Shown piece after piece: positions 22,401 through 33,154 of a stretch of DNA of 64,000 nt. Origin of the DNA: Anaerohalosphaeraceae bacterium (lineage in GTDB: Bacteria; Planctomycetota; Phycisphaerae; Sedimentisphaerales; Anaerohalosphaeraceae). The notes under the pieces are model-generated. The model was not told the DNA's origin. It was given only the letters and a program-made list of their open reading frames with translations, and searched no databases. The position numbers and the translations under genes were made by a program. Each line of letters starts with the position of its first letter. Position 1 is the stretch's first letter. The stretch is from positions 288,001-352,000 of the forward strand of contig CAXXSL010000016.1 in NCBI GenBank assembly GCA_963675525.2. Reading direction: 5' to 3'.

Positions 22401-24709
22401 ATAATCACCTTAAGTATCACAATGCTGAAACCGGCCAGTGGTGGATGATGCCCTGGGATGTGGATAATATCTTCTATTGGGCGCACGATCCCGAATACCC
22501 CGACAATTGGGAGCACTTCTACTATGCATTGGGTCATGAATCGATTGAGATCGCGGCTAAAAACCGTGGACGTGAGATCAGGGATCTGCTTTTCAACGGA
22601 GAACAGTGCAATCAGGTCATTGATGAGTTGGCTTCTGTATTAAAGCCTGACCCTCAGGGCCTGTCGCTTGTTGAGGCCAATCGAGCGCTCTGGGACTATC
22701 ACCCGCGTCTTGTAGAGAAAGGCGAATTCTTTACCTCTTGGGTTTTTCCAACGCCGGACTTTACCGGATGTCTTGATTTCATAAAGAATTGCTTGACAAC
22801 CGGCAAGGCAAATTCATCAGAATGGTGCGGCGATGTTTTTGAAGAATTTATCGAAGATGCTGCGATACCGGATACGCCGACGATTACAGCCGATTCGACA
22901 ACGATTGCTGAAGGCTATCCGGAAAATTTACTGCTCTTCAATACCAGTTCCTTTAACGACCCGCAGGGAAGCGGTACTTTTGGCGCGATGCAATGGCGCA
23001 TTGCCCAGGTGGATGATCCGAGCGCGGCGGGGTATGATGTGCGTCAGCGTCACTGCTATGAGATTAATGCGGTTTGGGAAAGCGAAGAGTTGATGACGTA
23101 TGCCAGCAATATTAGAATCCCTGCCGACGGAGTTAAGCCGGGCAAGACTTATCGGGTTCGCTGCCGGATGAAAGATAATACCGGCAGGTATAGTCACTGG
23201 TCCGCCCCGATCCAGTTTGTCGCCGGTGAGGGTGTCAATGCAGATATCCTGGATTATCTGCGGATCACTGAGGTTATGTATAATAACGGCGATGCGGACT
23301 TTATCGAATTGAAAAACATTGGCGCAACCACTCTCGATTTGAGCGATGTTTCAATTACGGATGGCGTTGATTTCAGTTTCCCTGATGGCCGAATGTTACC
23401 GGCTGGTGAGTTTGTACTGGTAGTTAAGGATTTGACGGCATTCAGAGCCCAATATGGCACCGGACTGGATAGTCAAATCGCCGGAACATTTGTTGACAGC
23501 AGCCTGTCCAATGGCGGTGAAACGATTAAGGTGGAGGATTTCTGGAACGGTACGATCATTGAATTTGAATACAATGATGCCCGCGGTTGGCCGCTGGCGG
23601 CCGATGGAGCAGGGCATTCTCTGGTTCCCTTGTCATTAACGATCGAAGATCAGCCTCTGGGGACGCTTGATTTTGGCGGTAACTGGCGGCAAAGCACCTA
23701 TATCGGTGGTTCTCCCGGATCCGACGATCCGATACCGACGACGAGCGTTGTTATCAATGAATTTATGGCGCATACCGATTATCTTGTGCCGCCGCATGAA
23801 TCCAACGACTGGACCGAACTCTACAATGTCAGCGGCAGCACCGTCAGCCTGAGCGCCGATTGGTATCTGAGCGATGACGTCGACGATTTGAAGAAGTATG
23901 CCTTGCCGACATCAAGTCTTTCAAGTGGTGGGCATGTTAGCTACGACCAGGTGAACCACTTCAATCCCGACGGCACAGGACCGTTAGGCTGGGGACTGGA
24001 TAAGGCGGGTGATGAGATTTTCCTGTCGTATCTGCCCGGCACCGTGGGTGTTGATCGTGTGGTTGACTGTATTCAGTTCAAGGGCCAGGAAAACGGCGTC
24101 TCCCTGAGTCGCTATCCTGACGGTGACGGCTTCTGGTTCCACACAAACCCGGGTACACGGGACAGTGCCAACGCGAATCCGGTTGCACATGTCGTGATCA
24201 GCGAGATCATGTACCATCCGACGATCGGTTCGACCGATGAGGAATATATTGAATTGTACAATCCGACCGGTTCAAATGTCGAACTCTGGACTGTCACCGG
24301 CCCGTGGGCTTTGGATGGCGGTGTTGATTATGAATTCCCGGCCTCTACGACGCTGGCAAGCGGAGCGAGAATATTGATCGTCGATTTTGACCCGGCAACG
24401 GAAACGGCCCGGTTGGAAGCTTTTGAAACGGCCTACGGTACAGGTGACCTGACGGCTGGTGTTGATATCTTTGGTCCATGGAGTGGTGATCTCTCCAATA
24501 ACGGCGAACGGGTCACGCTGGAAAAACCCCAGGATTCCGATGATCCACTGGATCCGGCGGCGATATCCTGGATTATTGTCGACGAGTGCATCTACAACGA
24601 TTCCTGGCCGTGGCCGACCGAACCGGATGGCTTAGGCGGTGCATTAAAGAGAATCTCATCGGCACCAGCAACTTCCGGTAATGATCCAACAAACTGGCTG
24701 GGAAATTAA
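19493..24709 (+). CDS. Large secreted protein: LamG-like + FN3 + dockerin-like + lamin-tail domains + CotH kinase; about 4 frameshifts (near 19730, 20965, 21055, 21300-21330)
   Basis: [20 protein letters not shown] motifs repeated; CotH-like [11 protein letters not shown]...WKFRF...MPWDVD; FN3 YYYVVTAVD. Confidence 0.78.
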
Positions 24710-25049
24710 TGATGGACGATCCGGTAGTGTATAAGGAAATGTATAAAATGAAACAGCAACCGGCGATATAATTGGCAAGTCAAGTGTCCGTCATCTGTTT
24801 AGCATCTTATAATGCAACAGTTTTTAATATACTATTTCGTGCAAAGTTTTTTGAGCATGTTGATTCATTGCTTAAAAAGGCAGATGTTTTTTAGCATTTA
24901 TCCTATAAGTTCACGGATGTGGTGACGAAATGGTGTCATAAAAACACACAGAAGAATCACACTCTATTCCGGCAAGAAATCACCATTTAAAACGAGCCGC
25001 AAATGAGAAACTTACGGATCGTTTTTTTCACTTATGATTTGTGGTTAAG

Positions 25050-25400
25050 TTATTTACCGGTCAGCCGGTGTTCTACGACTACCAGCAGTTCCTGAGTATC
25101 GATGACGCCGTCTGGGTCAAGATAGGCCACAATGTCTATCGCTGGATTATCCTGCAGCCAGCTTTGTGCCATCACCGCAAAGTCGCCGAGGTCCACATCA
25201 CAGTCATCCCCTTCAAAATCGCCGATATAAAACCAGTGGAACTCATACGCACCCATGTCCACGGTCGCTGTGTCTACACAATCGCCGTTGTCGATCCAAT
25301 CCGTCGATGGCGTTCGGTTCGGTTACCGGTGTGTTATCGCTGGCATCAATACACGGGGAGTACCTACTCAATCTCAGATCACCCCCTTCCAAACGCAAAG
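25050..25400 (-). pseudogene. C-terminal fragment of a secreted protein (choice-of-anchor-Q-like motif + dockerin-like repeats)
   Basis: GDLRLSRYSPCIDA...DMGAYEF...GDFEGDDCDVDLGDFAVMAQSWL across two frames, with no intact N-terminus. Confidence 0.7.
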
Positions 25401-25943
25401 AAGGTGATGTTTTAGTTGAAGGTGAAAGACATAGGATTTCTTTGTAGGTTGCGTGGGGAAGGAACGGCCACAGAGCCATCATCTCAGCTAAATCAGCATA
25501 AACTGTGCCGGATTCTGTGCCACCCTTAAAATCAAAATCGTCTAAGTCGTTATTATGTAGTTGCTTAGATGAATTGTTATGGGTCCAGTAACGCCCAATT
25601 GGGTTAAAAATGGTCGTTTGGCGCAACTGTCAAACGGCTTTCTCTTTTCTATACAAACACTTATGAATTAAATTTATTCAACCTTATCCGACAAAAAAAC
25701 ACGCTTTTTCCGGAAATTTTTAAGCCGTACCCTGCGGTTTCCCGGATATCCTAAATAATAAGCTTGCAATTATCCACCATTTAAAGGAAACTATGACTAT
25801 TGAAATGATTGCTACATTCGCGAGTTGAGCCGAATTAGCCTATTCTGGTAAACAGAAGACATCTTTCCATCGACCGCCATCATTTCTTTACCCGTTAGTC
25901 TATATAAAAAATTATATGGTGTTCTTTGAATTGATGGTGTCTT

Positions 25944-27035
25944 ATTAAAAAATTAGATCCTCTTAAAATCGGTCATCTTACTATCGATCCGCCAATCATT
26001 CAGGGCGGCATGGGTGTTCGTGTTTCCAAAGCCAATCTCGCAGCTGCTGTGGCCAACGAAGGCTGTGCCGGCGTCATCGCCAGTGTTGGCCTGGGCGGCT
26101 ATGAAAAGCACTCCCACGGCGCGGATTTTAAAGCATTAGAGCTTATTGCGCTGCGGGATGAAATTCGAAAGGCACGCGAGATGACGGATGGGGTTATCGG
26201 TGTCAATGCGATGGTGGCCTTGTCGGATTACGAATCGTTGATCAGTGTTTGTGCCAAAGAGAATGTGGACATGATCATCTCGGGTGCGGGTTTGCCGATG
26301 CACTTGCCGGCCTATACCGCCGGGACGAATATTCAACTGGTTCCCATTGTTTCGTCGATGCGATCGCTGCGACTGATTCACAAGAAATGGATGAAAGATT
26401 TTAACCGCTGTCCCGATGCCGTTATAATTGAGGGCATGAAAGCCGGCGGCCATCTCGGGTACAGTTATGAGCAAATGGAGCAGGGCAGCCCCACGCTGGA
26501 GGAAACGCTGGCCGATGTTCTGGAATTCACACGGAAATTGCCGACGCCGATCCCTGTCATTGTCGCCGGCGGTATCTTCAGCGGGCAGGACATGGCACGC
26601 TATCTGAGTTTGGGCGCGTCGGGTGTGCAGATGGCCACGCGCTTCGTCTGTACGGAAGAATGCGATGTCGATATCAAATTCAAGCAGGCTTACCTGGATG
26701 CCGGACCGGATGATATTACCCTGATCAAAAGCCCGGTGGGTTTGCCCGGCAAGGTGATCCGCAATGAATTTGTTGAAAAGATCAAAAAAGGCCAGACGAT
26801 GCCATTCCGATGCAAATATCAATGTCTGAGGACCTGTAATCCCTCAACGGCTCCTTACTGCATTGCAGAAGTGTTAGCCAATGCGTCTGAGGGAAAAATG
26901 GACGAAGCGTTTGCTTTTGCAGGCAGTAATGCATGGCGATGTAATGAGATTATATCGGTGAAACAGTTGATCCAAAAGATCATCCAGGAATATGAAAATG
27001 CAGACCATTTCGAACCGGCCGGATCGGTCCGATGA
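25944..27035 (+). CDS. Nitronate monooxygenase family / FabK-FabX-like flavoprotein with Cys-rich C-terminal motif
   Basis: PIIQGGMG, AGGHLG, AGGIF, GVQMATRF, CxxxCxxxC...YCI; homology extends upstream of ATG 26010, so the start codon is uncertain. Confidence 0.85.
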   Translation: MKKLDPLKIGHLTIDPPIIQGGMGVRVSKANLAAAVANEGCAGVIASVGLGGYEKHSHGADFKALELIALRDEIRKAREMTDGVIGVNAMVALSDYESLISVCAKENVDMIISGAGLPMHLPAYTAGTNIQLVPIVSSMRSLRLIHKKWMKDFNRCPDAVIIEGMKAGGHLGYSYEQMEQGSPTLEETLADVLEFTRKLPTPIPVIVAGGIFSGQDMARYLSLGASGVQMATRFVCTEECDVDIKFKQAYLDAGPDDITLIKSPVGLPGKVIRNEFVEKIKKGQTMPFRCKYQCLRTCNPSTAPYCIAEVLANASEGKMDEAFAFAGSNAWRCNEIISVKQLIQKIIQEYENADHFEPAGSVR

Positions 27036-27076
27036 AGCAGGTGAATCAGACTTTTTAGTGTCCTGAAAGGAAAACC

Positions 27077-27466
27077 ATGAAGATTTATGTTGGAAATTTG
27101 TCGTATGACGTCGCAGCAAGCGATTTAGAGCAGGCGTTTGGCGAGTTCGGCCAGGTTACATCGGTCAATCTTCTCACTGACAGACAGACGGGCCAGTCCA
27201 AAGGATTCGGTTTTGTCGAAATGGCGGAAGTCAGTGAGGGTCAGACTGCTATTAAGGAAATGAACGGCAAAGAGTTCATGGGCCGCGCATTAAAAGTCGA
27301 TCAGGCCAAAGATAAACCTGCTCGTCCCGGCGGCAGAGGCGGTTTTGGAGGTCCCCGTGGCGGCAGCGGTGGCGGCGGACGGCGATTTGGCGGTAGCGGC
27401 GGCGGTGGCGGCGGTCACAGAGGCGGCGGCAACCGGGATGGCGGCGGCGGACGAAGCCGTTACTAA
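27077..27466 (+). CDS. RRM RNA-binding protein with Gly/Arg-rich tail
   Basis: RNP2 IYVGNL and RNP1 KGFGFVEM. Confidence 0.95.
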   Translation: MKIYVGNLSYDVAASDLEQAFGEFGQVTSVNLLTDRQTGQSKGFGFVEMAEVSEGQTAIKEMNGKEFMGRALKVDQAKDKPARPGGRGGFGGPRGGSGGGGRRFGGSGGGGGGHRGGGNRDGGGGRSRY

Positions 27467-27703
27467 TACAAAAATCAAAAGCATACAATACTGTGGTTGA
27501 TATCACGTTGATAATGGTATGGCAGTATCAGTAGGCTCAGGTTTTCCGGATCCTCTTGGAGTTGTGCCTCCAAATCGTGATAAGGGGATGATTCAGCAAG
27601 GTCTTTTTATGGCCAGGCAGTTGAATTCGAAGCCGGCGAGGTTAGAAAAGACCCTTGTGCGACAGTTGTTAAACCTTGCTAAATACAATAGCAGTAATTG
27701 AAC

Positions 27704-27745
27704 TTTCAAGGCCCCTTATCTAAGGGGCTTTTTTTTGCCTTGAAA
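27704..27745 (+). terminator. Intrinsic terminator
   Basis: gcccctta-tc-taaggggc followed by a T-run; outer tttcaaggc/gccttgaaa arms. Confidence 0.8.
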
Positions 27746-27958
27746 AAGTAACCTTCCGTATCTAAAAAAATGCAAATACTGAGGATATGCTGTTTAGGTA
27801 TACTCGAGATTCCCTCCATAAACTCGCAGACAAGTGACTCCTCGGTTCGAACTTTTGACAGCAACACCCGCTTACAGGCGTATGGCCAGTGACCGCATAC
27901 CCCTGTATTGTTTGATTCACAGCGGAAAGTTTCGTCTCGTTTAAATTTTCAGGTGAGA

Positions 27959-30445
27959 TTATTTAAACTGAACTTCAAGCACTCCGGCAGACCATCCGTC
28001 CTGAAGTTGGATTTCGATTTTGACCGCGTTTGTTTTGACAGCCTTGAATGTCGTTTTGTTATATCTATTTGTTTGGGTTCCGTATTCGCTATCGGCAACA
28101 ACCGGTTTCCATTCCTCATCGTCCAGATACATCAGCTTCCATGACTGGGGGACCTTGCATTCACCGGAACCGGTATCATCCAGCCAGTAAGCTTCTATCG
28201 CCGACAGCGTTGTCGGTTCGTCAAAGTCAAACCGGAGCCATTCGGATGTCCCTTTTTTCGGCCACCAATGAAGAAATTCATTGTCTTTGTCATGAGAACT
28301 TTTGGGTTCGATCTGATCGACCACCGATTTCGGCTGCCCGGTTGCTTTTGAAGCCGTAACTTTAGTTTGCGATGCGAGCGTCGGTCTTGGTTTGACAACC
28401 GCATCTTCTTTTTGGGTCGGTAGCCAAACGAGCATTTCATTGGCCCCCCGGTTGCACCACGCAAAATACGGAATAGCGGTAATATCAACGGTCGAGGTGA
28501 CCGCCCGCTCGCCGTCTTCATTACGACCAACGACAGATGCCTGCCCCGTAAGAACCTGAACACCGCCCAGCAAATCCGGCTTGAACTGCGTTTGGAAGGA
28601 TACCTGCGGGTCAAGAATCAGGTTCCGCACCTGTTTATCCGGAGCATCGGCCCCTTCCAGGCAGTACACGATGGGCCCCCGCTCAATCGCAATCCGGTTT
28701 CGGTCTTCTTTGATCTTTTCATTGGCAACCACTTTGCGAATCGGCATCGGCAGTTCAAGATCAATCGTATCACCGGTTTTCCATTGCCGCTCGATATGCA
28801 TATACCCCTTCACAAGATTCAGCGGTATCACTTTCCCATTAACCTGAAGAGTCGGTTTCAATTCAGATTCTTCGGAATAGGAATACAGATCGCCGGGAAC
28901 CGGTTGATTCACTGCCCAACCCGGGATTCGCACATAAACGGAAAATGCGCCTTCTTTTTCAGGCGTTAGCGTCATCTTGACGTGCCCGTCCCACGGGTAT
29001 TGTGTCTTCTGCTGAATTTTCACGGTGTTGTCGGTTAAGGGTATCTGGGCCGTACCAGCCACGAACAAGTTGACATAAATGGTGTTGTCTTTCTTCGCAT
29101 AAGCGTAACCCGGCACGGAAGCGAGAAAACGTGTAATGTTGGACGGACAGCACGCACAGCCAAACCACGGACTGCGGTTGTGCTGACCCTTCGATTCGAG
29201 CGGATTCGGATAAAAGAAATCCTTTCCTTCCAGCGAAATCCCCGAAATGACGCCATTGTAGAGCGTTCGTTCCAAAACATCGATATATTGCACTTCACCG
29301 TTCAGCAGGAACATGCGATGGTTCCAGTACACACTGCCGATGGCCGCACACGTTTCGCAGTAGGCACTCATGTTCGGCAGCATATAATTGGGGCCGAACG
29401 CTTCCCCGCTGTGCGTCGCTCCGATGCCGCCTGTGATATACAGCTTCCTGGTGACCATGTTGTCCCATATCTTCTGCAACGCATCCTTGTACGCCTGGTC
29501 GTCCGTCAGGGCCGCCACATCCGTCATGCCGGAATACATATACATCGCCCGCACCGCATGACCAACCGCCTCGTCCTGGTCCACAACTTTTTTATGGGCC
29601 TGACTGTATTCGCCGTCGCCGCCGCCGCGCTGGTCCAGGAAAAATTTGGCGAGTTCCAGATACTTTTCATCGCCGGTGATTCGATACAGTTTAACCAGGC
29701 CCATCTCAACGATCTGGTGCCCCGGTGTATCCGTGTTTTTGCCGGGCCCGAATACCTCGCAGAGCAAGTCGGCATTCTTCAGTGCCACATCCAACAGCGA
29801 CCGTTTGCCGGTGGCCTGATAATGCGCCGCCGTCGCCTCATAAAGATGCCCCATGTTATATAATTCGTGGCTCAGTTGCTTGACTCGTTCCCAGCGATGC
29901 TTACCCGCCCAGTCGTGCGGCTTTTCGGGGTTCGTGGTTCGGGTGGTGTAGAGATAGCCGTCCGGCTCCTGAGCGGAAGCGATCAAGGCAATAATTTTAT
30001 CGAGGTAAGCATCCATCTGGGGGTCATACTTAACCGCCAGACCGAATGAAGCACCTTCCAGTACCTTGTACGGATCGGTATCGTCGAACGGAAATCCGGG
30101 CGGGGACAGATCTTCAACTTTCTCGCCGCGCAATATTTTGGCTGCACGCTCAAAATTATAATACCGCTTGGATTCTTCACATTTTCCAAACGCGTAAGGA
30201 ATCGTCACGATACGGTTGGTTTCCAGACGCGGCGCCCAGAATATATCGTCAAAATGAACCGCCGTAAACGGTACCGGCTCGTATGGATAATCCTTTTTTA
30301 AGTGTTTGGGGGCCGGAGTAACCGCAGCACTTTTCAGCTTATCGCCTCCTTTAGCAGCATCACTTAATGCTGCTGCGCAAGAAGACAAAATAATCAGGCA
30401 AGATAAGACGCCCGCAACCCCTAAAGATATTTTATTCATCTGCAT
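27959..30445 (-). CDS. GH127 beta-L-arabinofuranosidase family with C-terminal discoidin-like domain
   Basis: HELYNMGH, GHAVRA.Y, YCETCA, WFGCACCP motifs. Confidence 0.92.
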   Translation of the reverse strand: MQMNKISLGVAGVLSCLIILSSCAAALSDAAKGGDKLKSAAVTPAPKHLKKDYPYEPVPFTAVHFDDIFWAPRLETNRIVTIPYAFGKCEESKRYYNFERAAKILRGEKVEDLSPPGFPFDDTDPYKVLEGASFGLAVKYDPQMDAYLDKIIALIASAQEPDGYLYTTRTTNPEKPHDWAGKHRWERVKQLSHELYNMGHLYEATAAHYQATGKRSLLDVALKNADLLCEVFGPGKNTDTPGHQIVEMGLVKLYRITGDEKYLELAKFFLDQRGGGDGEYSQAHKKVVDQDEAVGHAVRAMYMYSGMTDVAALTDDQAYKDALQKIWDNMVTRKLYITGGIGATHSGEAFGPNYMLPNMSAYCETCAAIGSVYWNHRMFLLNGEVQYIDVLERTLYNGVISGISLEGKDFFYPNPLESKGQHNRSPWFGCACCPSNITRFLASVPGYAYAKKDNTIYVNLFVAGTAQIPLTDNTVKIQQKTQYPWDGHVKMTLTPEKEGAFSVYVRIPGWAVNQPVPGDLYSYSEESELKPTLQVNGKVIPLNLVKGYMHIERQWKTGDTIDLELPMPIRKVVANEKIKEDRNRIAIERGPIVYCLEGADAPDKQVRNLILDPQVSFQTQFKPDLLGGVQVLTGQASVVGRNEDGERAVTSTVDITAIPYFAWCNRGANEMLVWLPTQKEDAVVKPRPTLASQTKVTASKATGQPKSVVDQIEPKSSHDKDNEFLHWWPKKGTSEWLRFDFDEPTTLSAIEAYWLDDTGSGECKVPQSWKLMYLDDEEWKPVVADSEYGTQTNRYNKTTFKAVKTNAVKIEIQLQDGWSAGVLEVQFK

Positions 30446-30572
30446 CTTTTCAAACTTCCTTTCCTCTGTTACGGATATACGGTTGCTCTATGATCCATCA
30501 CGAATGACTATAAAGTTTTCACATCAGATATTGCAGAGACTTTCTCACTGATATGTATTACATCAGTCTGTT

Positions 30573-33044
30573 TTATTTTTCTTTAATCTGAAATAGATTA
30601 AGGGAATACGGTTTCAACACATAATCAAAGTCGTTTGCAATGCCGTCGATGATTGATGTCGCCGGATACACATTCCTTGGTTGTTCCGGCGTATTTTCCG
30701 CATCGCCAGCCAGGCCGGTCAACACGATTACAGACGCATTCGACTCAACCTGTATTTTCCCTTTCAGGTGCACCTGCAAAGCAACGGACTCGGCGGTTGG
30801 GTTGACCGCCTTGATATAGATTGTTTTCGTTTGCTCGTCCCGGCTGCTGGATGCATAAACGCGATCTGTCGAGAGAATCGGAACGTTCAACGAAAAGACC
30901 TGCTGCCCATCCAGCAGACAGCGAATATATTCCCCCTCTAAAGCAATCTGAATGTCATACCAGCGATCTTTTTCTATCGAACCCGGCGACTCGGTCACAA
31001 TCACGGTGCCGGGGCCTTCGGTCTTCTGAATGGCATGTTTTGTGTTGCCCCATCCGCCTAAATTAAACTGCACGCCATTATCAGAGGTATCACGCCGGAA
31101 AATGATAATGAATCCTTCCTCTCCGCTGATCTTTCGAGCCTTCAGTGAAAGCGTGTAATCTGACCAGCCAGGGTCGCCCGCCAGGCAAACGGCACCTTGC
31201 ATCTGTTCATCCTGCTGAACACAGGAACCATTATCGAATTGCCATTTGCCGTTTCCGGCCTGCCAGTCTTCGGGCTTGAGAGAAGAAAACAGCACATTGT
31301 CCGCATGGGCTACCTTAACATCTTTGAATTCCGCTGCTGTTTGCCATGTACACAGACCGATGCGCCCCGATGCTTTGTGTGTTTCGTTCTGGGTATCGTT
31401 CAGCTCATTTTTCAGACATGTTGTCCCGCGATAATTGCTGAACAGCTTCTGTACATAGTAAGAAGGTGTTCCGTAAACCTGTGTCTCGTCAAACCAGATC
31501 AGGTCGGGAGCCCATTGCGTAAAGTCGATGCGGGCAAACAGCGGAGCATAGGAAGCCATCACAACCACATCGGAGTTGCGATCCAGCCCGGTCATAAAGG
31601 CCGCTTCCGCCAGTGCGGCAGACAGGTCGTTTTTACGATTCGGATGATGGGCCGCGAACTCTCCGGCAAAAACCTTTGGGCCGTTACGGTCATAGTTATC
31701 GTAGCGGTCGGTATTTTGCAGAAACCACTGGGGCGGCCTGTAATAGTGTTCATCCACGATCTCCGCAGGCGTTCCCGTCCGGAACTTGCCCCATGCCAGA
31801 TCGAACCACTTGCCATCGGAACCGGGACCGGAAGTGGTGATGATTTGAATATCAGGATATTTGGCTTTGATCGCTTTGTAGAAAATATCATAGCGTTCGA
31901 AATATTGATTATCCCATTGCTCATTGCCGACACCGAGGTATTTCAGGCAAAATGGCTCCGGATGCCCTGCGGCAGCGCGTTTGGCCCCCCAAGTGCTGTC
32001 GGCCGAACCGTTGGCATACTCGATCAAATCCAGCGCATCCTGCACATAAGGCTTCAGCTTATCCAGCGGCACCAACTGGGCATCCTGATACTGACAGGAC
32101 ATCCCGCAGTTCAAAATAGGTACCGGCTCGGCACCGACGTCTTCACATAGACGGAAAAACTCAAAAAAGCCTAACCCGTATGACTGATAATATTCAGGCG
32201 GCTTGTTCCAACCAGCCCATCGATTCCAGTTCAGCTTGCGCTCGGCCGGGTCACCGATCGTGTCTTTCCAGCGATACGCATTGGCCAGATCCTTGCCCTC
32301 AACAATACAACCCCCGGGGAAACGGATAAAGGACGGTTTCATATCCGCCAGCATCTGCACAAGGTCAGCCCGCAGACCATTGGGCTGGTTTTTCCAGGTA
32401 TCTTCCGGAAACAACGACACCATGTCAAGATCAACGCAGCCCTGCCCATTGACCAGCAAAGCCAGTACGGCATCCTTATCGTCGGCCTTTGCTTCAATAA
32501 CCGCTGAATACTGCTTCCAGATTGAGCCGATGCCGCTGATGCGTGATTGCCCAAGAACCGCCCCGTCGCTGCTTTCCAGACGGATCAAAAGTCCCGCTTC
32601 AAATTCCTTGTCAGAGCGGGCATAAACGGAAAACAGGTAATGGTCTTCTTTTTTGACAGTAATTCCTGCGTAGCCTGTGTTTTTAACGCCAACCACCCCT
32701 TGATTTTCATGGGCCGTCAAACGAAGAAAATGGGGATTGTTGGCATTTAAGGGATCTGTGTTGAGTACTGCTATTTGAGCTTGGCCGCCCTTTTGCTCGA
32801 CCTTGCTCCATCCGAAGAGAGGCTCTTCGAACTCAAATGAGCGGTTGCGAATCTGCTCGGCATACAATCCGCCATCCGCAGCAAAGTTGATGTCTTCAAA
32901 AAACAACCCATAAAGCATCGGGCTGATCGCATGAACGGGTTCATCGGTATAGACGGTCAATTCAACTTTTGCCGAGGCAAAAACCACCCCTGACCCACAC
33001 ATCAACACAATCAATATCGCGCTTAGATAATTCCGCATACGCAT
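30573..33044 (-). CDS. GH51 alpha-L-arabinofuranosidase with inserted DUF1080-like domain
   Basis: GLFFEDINFAADGGLYAE, RFPGGC, GNE, DEHYY, GEFA, MASYAPL motifs. Confidence 0.92.
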   Translation of the reverse strand: MRMRNYLSAILIVLMCGSGVVFASAKVELTVYTDEPVHAISPMLYGLFFEDINFAADGGLYAEQIRNRSFEFEEPLFGWSKVEQKGGQAQIAVLNTDPLNANNPHFLRLTAHENQGVVGVKNTGYAGITVKKEDHYLFSVYARSDKEFEAGLLIRLESSDGAVLGQSRISGIGSIWKQYSAVIEAKADDKDAVLALLVNGQGCVDLDMVSLFPEDTWKNQPNGLRADLVQMLADMKPSFIRFPGGCIVEGKDLANAYRWKDTIGDPAERKLNWNRWAGWNKPPEYYQSYGLGFFEFFRLCEDVGAEPVPILNCGMSCQYQDAQLVPLDKLKPYVQDALDLIEYANGSADSTWGAKRAAAGHPEPFCLKYLGVGNEQWDNQYFERYDIFYKAIKAKYPDIQIITTSGPGSDGKWFDLAWGKFRTGTPAEIVDEHYYRPPQWFLQNTDRYDNYDRNGPKVFAGEFAAHHPNRKNDLSAALAEAAFMTGLDRNSDVVVMASYAPLFARIDFTQWAPDLIWFDETQVYGTPSYYVQKLFSNYRGTTCLKNELNDTQNETHKASGRIGLCTWQTAAEFKDVKVAHADNVLFSSLKPEDWQAGNGKWQFDNGSCVQQDEQMQGAVCLAGDPGWSDYTLSLKARKISGEEGFIIIFRRDTSDNGVQFNLGGWGNTKHAIQKTEGPGTVIVTESPGSIEKDRWYDIQIALEGEYIRCLLDGQQVFSLNVPILSTDRVYASSSRDEQTKTIYIKAVNPTAESVALQVHLKGKIQVESNASVIVLTGLAGDAENTPEQPRNVYPATSIIDGIANDFDYVLKPYSLNLFQIKEK

Positions 33045-33110
33045 GATTTCAAACCTCCCTGCCTAAATCGGTCAATTACCACCAGAACCAACCGTGCCGA
33101 TATTTTAACC

Positions 33111-33154
33111 AAAAAAACAGACCGATTTAGAAATATCCTAAACCGGTCTGTTTT
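33111..33154 (-). terminator. Intrinsic terminator between the prepilin-like gene and GH51
   Basis: Minus strand aaaacagaccggtttag-N-ctaaatcggtctgttttttt. Confidence 0.7.

Noticed and set aside
27325..27460. GGC-rich repeat
   Set aside because: It encodes the ordinary Gly-rich tail of the RRM protein
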